In this document: positions 47,391 through 56,310 of the stretch, one piece after another
Position numbering within the stretch: position 1 is the stretch's first letter
How the letters are laid out: each line of letters opens with the position of its first letter
Source: an uncultured bacterium
Lineage (GTDB): Bacteria; CSSED10-310; CAZUFC01
NCBI GenBank assembly: GCA_964619725.1
Contig: CAZUFC010000008.1
Coordinates: forward strand, 32,001-96,000
Direction of reading: 5' to 3'
DNA: 64,000 bases
The notes under the pieces: model-generated
The model's input: only the letters and a program-made list of their open reading frames with translations
Told to the model about the DNA's origin: nothing
The model's database searches: none
Position numbers and translations under genes: made by a program

Positions 47391-49037
47391 ATGAGAATGG
47401 CAGTCCGCTTCGGTTTGATCGCCATAGTTATCATTAAAATAGGCGTATCGGCCTTATATCATAAGGATTCATTTGCTATTTCCGATGAAGCCGCTTATCT
47501 GCAGACAGCCAGGAGTCTGGCGAGGGAAAATAAACTCAGCGTGCCGAAATACAGAAACGCCTATCACATGAACATAGGCTCTTCCTACGTCGATCTGGGA
47601 AACATAATGATCTCCAAGTATCCTCCGGGATATCCCTTTTTGCTTTCCCTATTTTATCGAATAGGCGGGCATTCCTGGACAGGCCTGCTGAATTTGACGG
47701 CCTCGCTTTTTACGATAGTAATGATTTTTTTACTGGGCAGGAACATATTCGATTCTTATACGGGATTCCTGGGCGCCGTCGTTTACAGTTTCGGTCCGAC
47801 GGCGATGTTTTTCGATCAGACTTATATGTCCCATACGCTTTCAACAGCGCTGACGGCGGCTGCTTTGTTTGCAGCATTAAAAGGCTCTGAACGCCATAAA
47901 ATATATTTATTTCTGTCCGGTCTTCTGGCCGGTTCGGTTATATTCGTCAGATATAGCGATATCATACCTGCTTCAGCAGGTCTGGCGCTCATACTGATTC
48001 AACCGAAGACCTCAATGAAAGAACGAATAAAGGGTGCGGTATTTTTTGCGGCAGGCTTCGGTCTTGTTTCGGCGTTTTTTCTTTTATTCAATTGCGAAGT
48101 CTGGGGAGACCCTTTCAGGACAGGCTATTTTTATACTCAGGAACAATCAGCTTTCTTGCTCAGCTTGTTCCACCGTCGCATTTTGTTTGTGCTGAAAACG
48201 GTTTTCGTTCAGGGTATCCCCTATATTTCGCTTTTCGCCGCGCCGGCCATACTGATTCTGGCATTCAAAAACAGTCGGTATGCAATCTTTTATACCGTTT
48301 GGATTCTTCCTCTTCTGTTATTGTATTCGTGCTACTACTGGAAGACGCCCAGTTATTCCGTTTATTCCCGTTTCCTGATGCCGGTTCTTCCCGGCGTAGC
48401 TTTGTTGAGCGTTTATTTTATTTTCACCGTATGCAAAAAATTAAAGATTTCACTGGGCTGGACCGGCGCGCTTTTGATTTTTCTCTATCCGGCCATCGCT
48501 TTCAGAGGTTTTCATGAATCCATAACGGAGTATAACAAGCGTTCCGCAAACGATCTGATAGAATGGGTCGAATCGAACGTGCAGAAAAATTCCCTGCTCT
48601 ACTCGGATACCAACACTTTGACTGTTTTATCTTATTTCTTTGACGAGAGTTATGATTTTCGCGATTCGGCCGAATTGAGGATGCTTTTCCATAAGAAAAA
48701 AGAGAAAATAACACGTGCGACACGGAAAACAATAAAAGAAGAAAAATTGCCCCCGGTATTGGAGGCCAAAAAACAGGAAACCGGCATCGCTGTGCGGCGG
48801 CATTTCAATGCGGCTAAGCTGAAAGCAGAGATAAAGAACAGGATGACCTATCTTATTATCCGTGAAACGAAAGACGAGAGTATAATCGAAGATATAAGTT
48901 CGATTTGCCGTATTGAAATTTCAGCGAAAAATGAACGTGAAGGTTGGTCCGTGTACAGATTGTACCCTCAAAGAGTGCGTGCTCTGAACGAACCCGCTGT
49001 TTCGCCGTTATTTGAGGAAAACAGTGAGAATAACTGA
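47391..49037 (+). CDS. GT-C fold membrane glycosyltransferase (ArnT/PMT-like)
   Basis: SDEAAY after TM1, SKYPPGYP, multiple TM helices, MSH, and RFLMPVLP. Confidence 0.8.
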   Translation: MRMAVRFGLIAIVIIKIGVSALYHKDSFAISDEAAYLQTARSLARENKLSVPKYRNAYHMNIGSSYVDLGNIMISKYPPGYPFLLSLFYRIGGHSWTGLLNLTASLFTIVMIFLLGRNIFDSYTGFLGAVVYSFGPTAMFFDQTYMSHTLSTALTAAALFAALKGSERHKIYLFLSGLLAGSVIFVRYSDIIPASAGLALILIQPKTSMKERIKGAVFFAAGFGLVSAFFLLFNCEVWGDPFRTGYFYTQEQSAFLLSLFHRRILFVLKTVFVQGIPYISLFAAPAILILAFKNSRYAIFYTVWILPLLLLYSCYYWKTPSYSVYSRFLMPVLPGVALLSVYFIFTVCKKLKISLGWTGALLIFLYPAIAFRGFHESITEYNKRSANDLIEWVESNVQKNSLLYSDTNTLTVLSYFFDESYDFRDSAELRMLFHKKKEKITRATRKTIKEEKLPPVLEAKKQETGIAVRRHFNAAKLKAEIKNRMTYLIIRETKDESIIEDISSICRIEISAKNEREGWSVYRLYPQRVRALNEPAVSPLFEENSENN

Positions 49038-49220
49038 TTGACTTTTTACGTCGCCGCTGACTCAGTTGAACCAGACTCGAAATTTGACAATCGGCGGTCA
49101 TTTCGATTTGATAGGGAATGAGAAATCGGCCGTATCGGGCAACCGGTTACACTTTGCCGGAAATTTAAACGATCTGTTAATGGTCAAGGGAAAGCAATGA
49201 AATGAACATGGAGGTGTTCC

Positions 49221-51710
49221 ATGCAGGAGAGAAAATCTGGCGAGTTCAGAACGATAAATTTTGCTTTGATGTTTTTTGCAGCCGCTTTTTTGATCGGAGC
49301 GGGAGTTTTGATTGAAGGGGCGGAGGCTGATGTTGATTTTGAATTCGTTGAGGATTCGTTGTATTCGGGAAGCATTTATGATTTATGGGTGGAAGATGAT
49401 CTGCTTTACATGGCTGCGAAAAAGGCAGTGTGGATTTATGATGTTTCGACGCCGGAGACGCCGGTTTTGCTTTCTACCGTGGATACGCCGGGGCTGGCCA
49501 ACGGCGTGCATTACAAGGATGGTTACCTATATGTGGGCGACGTATACGGATTCCAGATCATTGACGTTTCGGACCCGTCTTCGCCTGTGACCGTCGGTTA
49601 TTATAAAGCGGTGGGAGATGGCTATCCTGAAAGGGTCCGGGTAAGAGACGGTTATGCCTATGTGGCGGCTTATGATGCAGGATTGCAGGTTTTCGATGTT
49701 TCCGATCCGACGATGCCGGCGCTGGTAGGCAGCGGAGATACGCCGGCCTACAGTTGGCATGTGGCCGTCAGCGGAAACCTGGCTTTCCTCAGCGACATGT
49801 TTTCTCTTGAGACGTTCGACATAAGCGATCCGACGCAACCCGTTCATCTTTCCTCTTATTCAGCGGTTTTCGGATTGGAGGTCGAGGTGGAGGGGAATTT
49901 AGTATATCTCGCTTACATCGACGGGATGATCGTTCTGGATATGTCGGACCCTGAAAACCCGGTTGAATATGGGTTTCCCGGAATAACCGGCAGCGGCAGC
50001 GGAGAATCCATTTCGCTGGAAAACGACCGCGTGTATGTCGGTCACGGCGCGTACGTGGACATCTTTGACGTTTCTGATCCCGGAGAACCGGAACGTATCG
50101 GTTACTACTACACTCATTCGCATCCCAGGGCCATTCAGGCGGTCGGCGATCTGCTGTATATTGTGGAAGATGAAGCGGGATTTGAAATCGTGGATGTTTC
50201 AGACCCGTCTGATCCTGTGCGGATAACTTATGTGAATCCTTTCATCCGGGGGGAAAGAGAGGATGTGCTGTACCATCAGGGGCTCGTTTACTTGGCCGAC
50301 GGCGTTCGCGGCCTGAGGATATACGATGTGAGCGCTGATCCGGCGCAACCCCAGGAGATATCTTCCGTGGGTCTGCCGGGATATGTCAGGAATTTAAGGC
50401 TATTTGAAGATCGATTGGTTGTTGGGGCTGATTCGAGGATTCATGTGCTGGATATCCAGGACCCGGCAACCCCGGCGCTGCTCAGCACAATCAGAACAAC
50501 CGGGCATCCCTGGCAGGCCTGGCTGGAAGGAAACACCCTGACGGCAGTTGATCTTTACGGCATACATACTTTTTCGCTGGAGAATCCTGAGAAGCCCGAA
50601 CTCCAGAACAGTTACTTCACTTCACATGAAGGCGATCCTTACGATCTCGTTAAAAGAGGCGATTATCTCTACGTTGCAGCGGGGCACGGCGGAATGATGA
50701 TATTCGACGTCTCCTCTCCCCTGGACCCCACCAGGCTGGCGCGCATCCCCGATGATAATTCCAGAAGCTACATCACGTTGAAATTAATAGCCAATACCGC
50801 TCTGGCGCTGAAAAGCTCAGGAGGCATAGACATTTACGACATAGTAAATCCCGCAGCGCCGGCACTCGTCAGGGAATTCGAACTGGAAGGCTCATTCAAC
50901 AGAATCCTCGTTCAGGACGATAAAGCTTTTCTCAGCAATGGAGTCAGGGGAATAATAGTCCTGGACGTCTCAACTCCACGTAATCCCGTAATTATCGGAT
51001 CATACGACACAACAGGATACAATGAAGGGACAGCAATAAACGGTCAATACGTCTATATCGCCGACTATTACTCCTTCGCCGTCTATCGGATGCTCAATAA
51101 ACAGAGCGATGACGTCCCTCCCGAAACCGTCATCGAATATCCCGCCCAGGGTGATTTAATCAAAGGCAAATTTGCCGACATTTTCGGTCGCGCCTGGGAT
51201 GACCAGTCCGGTTTGAAAAAAATACATATCAGTCCCGATAACGGACTCTCCTGGGAAACGGCCCAGGGACTCGATCCCTGGTCATACCGGTTTACTCCGG
51301 CCGATTACGGAAACATCACCGTCCTCGCCAAAGCCGAAGATCAGAAAGGCAACGTCGAAGACCCCCCGTCTTCCGTTGACTTCGACTTCATACCCGCAAG
51401 GCCCCAGATACTCTCCGCCGGCTTTCTCAATACCAGAATTAATTATGACGGCGGGCGTCTGGGCCTCGCCGCCTGGATTACAGACCCCCAATCAAACTTC
51501 AATATCAAAAAAGTCGAATTGCTCTATGACGGCATTCCTACGGGCGTCACGCTCGATCCCCTTTACAACAAAAGCGAAGATTTCCAAATTTACTGCCTGG
51601 ATCGCCAAATTGACGCTTCTGTTCCGGAAGCCGACTATGAAATTCAAATCGAGGTTGAAGATGTTTACGGGTTGAAAAGTCGATTATGGCCTTACTTGTC
51701 TGTTGAATGA
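49221..51710 (+). CDS. Secreted LVIVD-repeat beta-propeller protein with Ig-like and C-terminal WPYL domains
   Basis: About 14 YV....GL.I.DVSDP..P repeats; DVPPETVIEYP..D.SG..V Ig-like domain; ends SRLWPYLSVE. Confidence 0.88.
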   Translation: MQERKSGEFRTINFALMFFAAAFLIGAGVLIEGAEADVDFEFVEDSLYSGSIYDLWVEDDLLYMAAKKAVWIYDVSTPETPVLLSTVDTPGLANGVHYKDGYLYVGDVYGFQIIDVSDPSSPVTVGYYKAVGDGYPERVRVRDGYAYVAAYDAGLQVFDVSDPTMPALVGSGDTPAYSWHVAVSGNLAFLSDMFSLETFDISDPTQPVHLSSYSAVFGLEVEVEGNLVYLAYIDGMIVLDMSDPENPVEYGFPGITGSGSGESISLENDRVYVGHGAYVDIFDVSDPGEPERIGYYYTHSHPRAIQAVGDLLYIVEDEAGFEIVDVSDPSDPVRITYVNPFIRGEREDVLYHQGLVYLADGVRGLRIYDVSADPAQPQEISSVGLPGYVRNLRLFEDRLVVGADSRIHVLDIQDPATPALLSTIRTTGHPWQAWLEGNTLTAVDLYGIHTFSLENPEKPELQNSYFTSHEGDPYDLVKRGDYLYVAAGHGGMMIFDVSSPLDPTRLARIPDDNSRSYITLKLIANTALALKSSGGIDIYDIVNPAAPALVREFELEGSFNRILVQDDKAFLSNGVRGIIVLDVSTPRNPVIIGSYDTTGYNEGTAINGQYVYIADYYSFAVYRMLNKQSDDVPPETVIEYPAQGDLIKGKFADIFGRAWDDQSGLKKIHISPDNGLSWETAQGLDPWSYRFTPADYGNITVLAKAEDQKGNVEDPPSSVDFDFIPARPQILSAGFLNTRINYDGGRLGLAAWITDPQSNFNIKKVELLYDGIPTGVTLDPLYNKSEDFQIYCLDRQIDASVPEADYEIQIEVEDVYGLKSRLWPYLSVE

Positions 51711-51782
51711 TATAAGTGTGAAATGACGCTTGGAAAATATACATCTGAATTGATCAAAATATAATTGGGATAAAATGTTTTC

Positions 51783-51811
51783 TTGACAACTGCGTTTTGA
51801 TTACTTAAAAC
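51783..51811 (+). promoter_or_regulatory. Sigma70-like promoter
   Basis: TTGACA-17 nt-TAAAAC, upstream of AGGAGG and ATG 51863. Confidence 0.4.
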
Positions 51812-51862
51812 TTAAGTGGCGAATGACGTCAACAAAAATATTTTATTAACAGGAGGCTTCGA

Positions 51863-53011
51863 ATGATGAAAAAAGCAGGGCGGTTGATTTTAATGACCAT
51901 AGTCCTGGCGCTGACTGCAGCGAATATGGCTTACGGCGATGATCCCATGGACGTAAGCATTTGCGATATTCAGCAGTATAATGGAGTGAGTGAGGGAGAC
52001 CGCGTTCGCGTAACGGGAGTGTGCACGGCTGAAACGGGTCGTTACGGTATGAGCGTAACGATCATTTCTGAAGAGGGCGGCGGTCCCTGGTGCAGCATGT
52101 ATGTATATGTAGTGGACCAGGACCTGATCGCTTTTCAGGGTGAGTGCGTGACGGTGGTTGGTGAAGTATCGGAGTATTACGGAAAGACGGAGATATACGT
52201 AGGCAGTGATGAACCTGAGAGGCCGACGGTAACGACGGAATGTTTTCCGATACCCGAACCGATGTATGATTTGACGGCCAATTTCACGGGTGCGATTGCT
52301 GAAAAATATGAAAGCTGTCTAGTCAGGGCCGGTTGCATAACGGTTACGGAAGAAGCCAACGAAGGCAATTTCTGGAATATGAAGATCGATGACGGCAGCG
52401 GTCCATGCCTGGCTCAGTTTTCACAATATTGGGACAACCCGCCGGAAGGAACCGAATACTGTTCGATGTCGGGCATTTTGGATTATTCCTGGGATCAGTT
52501 CAAGATAAGGCCCAGGAATGAAGAGCAGGACCTGGATACGACGGCACACGCCGAATGCGGGTATTGCGGAGGAACCACGCCGACGCCGACGCCGACTTCT
52601 ACCGGTTCGACACCCACTTTCACCCCGACCGGCGATACGACCCCGATACCTTGCGAGCCGGACCTCGTGTTATCACTGAACAAAGTGAGTCCCAACTGCT
52701 TTACGGCCGGCGATCAGTTTTCTTTGTTCGCCACCATCACTAATGGAGACTGTCCGGCATACACGGTTGATTTCTATTGCGTGCTTGACGTTATCGGAAT
52801 GTATTTCTGGGCCCCGACCTGGACGGAGACGTTTGAAGGAATGCCCGTGGTTTTACCATCATATGATTCCACTGATGTCCCCCTTCTGGACTTTAGCTGG
52901 CCGAGCAACGCCGGAAGCTTCAGCGGGCTCTTTTTCTATTGCGCGATCTTTCAGGAGGGCACATTTGAATTTCTGGACGATCTGGAGATCAAGGAATTCT
53001 GTTACGAGTAA
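51863..53011 (+). CDS. Secreted Cys-rich OB-fold protein with Thr/Pro linker and conserved C-terminal domain
   Basis: SICDIQ, V.VTGV.TA, G.V.EYYGKTEI, AEKYESCLV and GILDYSW..FKI.PR resemble the OB modules of extracellular nucleases. Confidence 0.72.
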   Translation: MMKKAGRLILMTIVLALTAANMAYGDDPMDVSICDIQQYNGVSEGDRVRVTGVCTAETGRYGMSVTIISEEGGGPWCSMYVYVVDQDLIAFQGECVTVVGEVSEYYGKTEIYVGSDEPERPTVTTECFPIPEPMYDLTANFTGAIAEKYESCLVRAGCITVTEEANEGNFWNMKIDDGSGPCLAQFSQYWDNPPEGTEYCSMSGILDYSWDQFKIRPRNEEQDLDTTAHAECGYCGGTTPTPTPTSTGSTPTFTPTGDTTPIPCEPDLVLSLNKVSPNCFTAGDQFSLFATITNGDCPAYTVDFYCVLDVIGMYFWAPTWTETFEGMPVVLPSYDSTDVPLLDFSWPSNAGSFSGLFFYCAIFQEGTFEFLDDLEIKEFCYE

Positions 53012-53082
53012 ACGATAACTTCCGCCGGCAGAGCGCCGACGATGCTGATTACGATCTCGACAACAAGTGTATAATTGACCGG

Positions 53083-53137
53083 CTGAATCCAATCAACGGC
53101 CGGGGGGAATTTTCCGAAAGCCGTTGATTGGATTCAG
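53083..53137. terminator. Perfect 18-bp inverted repeat
   Basis: CTGAATCCAATCAACGGC ... GCCGTTGATTGGATTCAG. Confidence 0.6.
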
Positions 53138-53225
53138 ACGGCGACAAAATTTTTAATTGAGGTCAGACGTGTATCAGACAAGGATTTCGTTGACATAGAC
53201 TTTTTTGCTGCTTATCATCCTTTTC

Positions 53226-56219
53226 ATGTATTCGAAGTTACATAAAACATTTTGCATCGGAGCCGTACTGATTCTGAGCGTCGTTTTGTTTTTGTCGGTT
53301 ACCGAAGCAGCGTCCGTAATTGCTGTGACGGCTTTTTTGCTTGCGGCAAACGTTTATTTATATTCACGCGGGCAGTACGGTTCGTCCGTTGATATGATTT
53401 ACTTGTTTTTCGTCACAGTCGTTTCCGCTTTCTACCTGCAAAGCGCTGTTATGACTGAGTTTCCCGGTGAATCCGTCATTTCAAAACCCAATTTAAATGC
53501 TTTTTTCTGGCTCATCCATCTTGGCTTGATCTTCGTTTTGCCCGTTGCCCTGCGAAAAAGGACCATTTCAAAAACTGATATTTCCGTAGTCATTTTTGTT
53601 TTTTTTCTGGGTCCTTTCTACACACAGATCATCGATAAATCTCCTTACGGGCTTATGGTCCCGGCGGCGCTTGTTATTGAACGCCTCATGTCTACAGATA
53701 TTAAGGAGGACAGAAGGTATTCGTCGTCAATTTTCGCTTCTGCCGGATTTCTATTTGTTTTATGGCTGTTTATTTCTGGATTGTTCGCGGATGATACAGG
53801 CGGAATGTTCCGCGTTTTTTCTCATTATGCAGCCCCTCTGGCGGCCTTGCCCCTGTTACGGCGAACTAAAAACGGGAAACGGAACACCTGGCTTTGGGGT
53901 CTGTTTTTTCTTTTTATTGTTACACTGCTGATTTCCTTCAACAAGTTTTTTTATAACTGGTTTGCTCTTCATCTGAGGAATTTCTGGCATATCAAATTAT
54001 GGACCGCAGCGGTTCATCCCAATGCACTGGCTTCTTTTCTGATAGCGTTGTTACCCTTTTTATGCGCATTCATCACGTTTAATTTTAAGAAAAAATGGAG
54101 GATAATCTCCTATTTTCTTCTCGGTTTTATCATGTTGCTTCTGGTTTTTCTGACAAGGAGCCGCGGCGGAGTAATCGCTCTATCGGGAATGTTGATCGCT
54201 GCGCCGCTGTTACTGAAGAAACCAAAGTCCAGAGCCTTCCAGATCATTTTCACTATAGCGCTGCTGATTCCGGTACTCTTTTTTTCCGTTTACTCCGTGG
54301 GTTCTTTGCGATTGGAAAGCGGCGCCGGTCAGCAGTTTGAAGGCATAAGGGACAGGATAATTTTATGGAAGCCGATCTTAAGGGCGATAGGCGATATACC
54401 TGCGTTCGGACTGGGAATGGGAAATCACCACAGGCTGTCGCAATGGTTTCAATGGCCGGATTTAGGTTACCGGGAACTTTATGGGACCTGGATCGGATGG
54501 GACATGCTGGGTCGTCACAGTCACCAGGTATTTCTGGAGATACTATTGATAGGGGGCGTCCCGGCATTGATTCTTTTTTTGCTTGTGACGTTTTATGCTT
54601 TGTTTAAGGGGCGCCGGGGGATACATAACAAAGATTTTATATATCGAACAATGGGAAAGGCTGCTTTACTGAGTCTTCTGTTTCAGGGATTGTTCGATTT
54701 CACCTGGTATTATCCCTGTATTATTCTACTTTTCTGGACTGCGGCGGCTTCGGCTGCAGGGGAGTTCGATCAGGCAGCCTTACAGCCGGCGTTTTTACGC
54801 CTCATGACCAGGCGGCTTCAGAAGATTTTTCTCCTTATTTTCTTCTTTACTGCGGTTCTGGTTCCCATAGTCAACGGCCTGTTTTCCAACTTGCAAGAGG
54901 TCTGGGATCAAGATGCGCCGCTGAAAGTCTGGAGTATGCTCATGCCGTGGAATCCTGCGCCCGAGCGGCTGCTGGGAGAACGTAAACTGGAGGAGAAACA
55001 GTCGAAAGAAGCCCTGGATCATTTCAGAAAAGCCGTCGAACGTGATCCCTCGACTTTGAACGATCATGCAGTGCTCGGTTGGCTGATGATCCGGCTCCGG
55101 GAGGATCAAAAGGGATTCGAGTATTTGATGATGCGCGAACGAAAAGACCCATTGGGTACAGTGTGCGATCCTTACATAGACCTGGCGGCATTCGTTTCGC
55201 AACAGGATGCCCAGAACAAGGACGACCTGCTGCATTATCTGGAAAAATCCTTCATGGTGGGAGCGGGATTGAAAGAGAATTTCTTCTGGGATAATGAGAA
55301 TGAAAGAGAAAGATGGTGTTTTTCATCGCTTTTCCTGGGAGACTATCTGGCCGAAAAGTATGGGATATTGGATTTGCCGAAGGTTCCCCAGGGACTGTCC
55401 GTCGAATGCAGCCTGGAACTGCCCGAAGTGCTGAGCCGGTTGCAGTTGAATCTAAAGCAGGAACAGAATAGGGAAGTTTACAATGATTACCTGCGTATTA
55501 AAACTGCAGAATTGCTTTGGGAAAGCGGATACAGGAAAAAATGTCTGGAAATATTGCAGAAAGGCGGTATGAGTCTGAAAGAGCTTCATGGATTCAGGGA
55601 CGTTCCGATCGATACTATCGAGGAGGATTCCCCGGAACAATATCGAATAGAGGGAACGAGACTACTGGCCTTGGGTAAACCTGAAGAGGCGTTGCCTTTT
55701 TTGGAAAGAGCGTGGGAAAACGGATTGGATGATTTGAGGATTTCGGCGGGACTGGCTGAAGCTTATAAGGCGACGGGGAATATTGATGAAGCTGTAAAGC
55801 ATTATTATCGCATCATCGAGCAACAACCGGAAAACGAAACGATAAGAAATAATCTGGCTCTTTTGCTGCTGCATCAGCGCCGCTATAATAAGGCCGAGCA
55901 TCAGTTCAACGAAGCGCTGAAGATTAATCCGCGGTCGTACAGCGCTCTGTATAATCTGGGAACTCTTTATCTGGCGACTAACCAGCCAGAGAAGGCTGCG
56001 GAAATGTTCGATCGTTGCCTTAAGCTGGACCCGTCTTCTCCCGCGGCTTTGTTCAATCGGGCTCGCGCTGCAGACAAAATGAACCGAAGTAACGAAGCGC
56101 TGGTTTTTTATCGACATTTTCTTGCAAGCGCCAAACCTGATACGTACAATGAACTTCGCGGGATTGCCGTTCGCCGTATCAATGCGTTGCAAAAAGCGGC
56201 AGAAGGGAATTCCGAATGA
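53226..56219 (+). CDS. O-antigen ligase / O-oligosaccharyltransferase-like (Wzy_C) membrane protein with TPR repeats
   Basis: HPNALA, TRSRGG, R..LWK, P.FG.G.G, HSHQVFLE and QGLFDF motifs; C-terminal TPRs. Confidence 0.82.
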   Translation: MYSKLHKTFCIGAVLILSVVLFLSVTEAASVIAVTAFLLAANVYLYSRGQYGSSVDMIYLFFVTVVSAFYLQSAVMTEFPGESVISKPNLNAFFWLIHLGLIFVLPVALRKRTISKTDISVVIFVFFLGPFYTQIIDKSPYGLMVPAALVIERLMSTDIKEDRRYSSSIFASAGFLFVLWLFISGLFADDTGGMFRVFSHYAAPLAALPLLRRTKNGKRNTWLWGLFFLFIVTLLISFNKFFYNWFALHLRNFWHIKLWTAAVHPNALASFLIALLPFLCAFITFNFKKKWRIISYFLLGFIMLLLVFLTRSRGGVIALSGMLIAAPLLLKKPKSRAFQIIFTIALLIPVLFFSVYSVGSLRLESGAGQQFEGIRDRIILWKPILRAIGDIPAFGLGMGNHHRLSQWFQWPDLGYRELYGTWIGWDMLGRHSHQVFLEILLIGGVPALILFLLVTFYALFKGRRGIHNKDFIYRTMGKAALLSLLFQGLFDFTWYYPCIILLFWTAAASAAGEFDQAALQPAFLRLMTRRLQKIFLLIFFFTAVLVPIVNGLFSNLQEVWDQDAPLKVWSMLMPWNPAPERLLGERKLEEKQSKEALDHFRKAVERDPSTLNDHAVLGWLMIRLREDQKGFEYLMMRERKDPLGTVCDPYIDLAAFVSQQDAQNKDDLLHYLEKSFMVGAGLKENFFWDNENERERWCFSSLFLGDYLAEKYGILDLPKVPQGLSVECSLELPEVLSRLQLNLKQEQNREVYNDYLRIKTAELLWESGYRKKCLEILQKGGMSLKELHGFRDVPIDTIEEDSPEQYRIEGTRLLALGKPEEALPFLERAWENGLDDLRISAGLAEAYKATGNIDEAVKHYYRIIEQQPENETIRNNLALLLLHQRRYNKAEHQFNEALKINPRSYSALYNLGTLYLATNQPEKAAEMFDRCLKLDPSSPAALFNRARAADKMNRSNEALVFYRHFLASAKPDTYNELRGIAVRRINALQKAAEGNSE

Positions 56220-56310
56220 TCCCGGGGATGGATTCCAAGAATGCTGTTTATATTTCGCCTGCGTTAAAAATACATGCCGGCAAGAAGGCTTTTATAGGTT
56301 TTTAGGAGAA

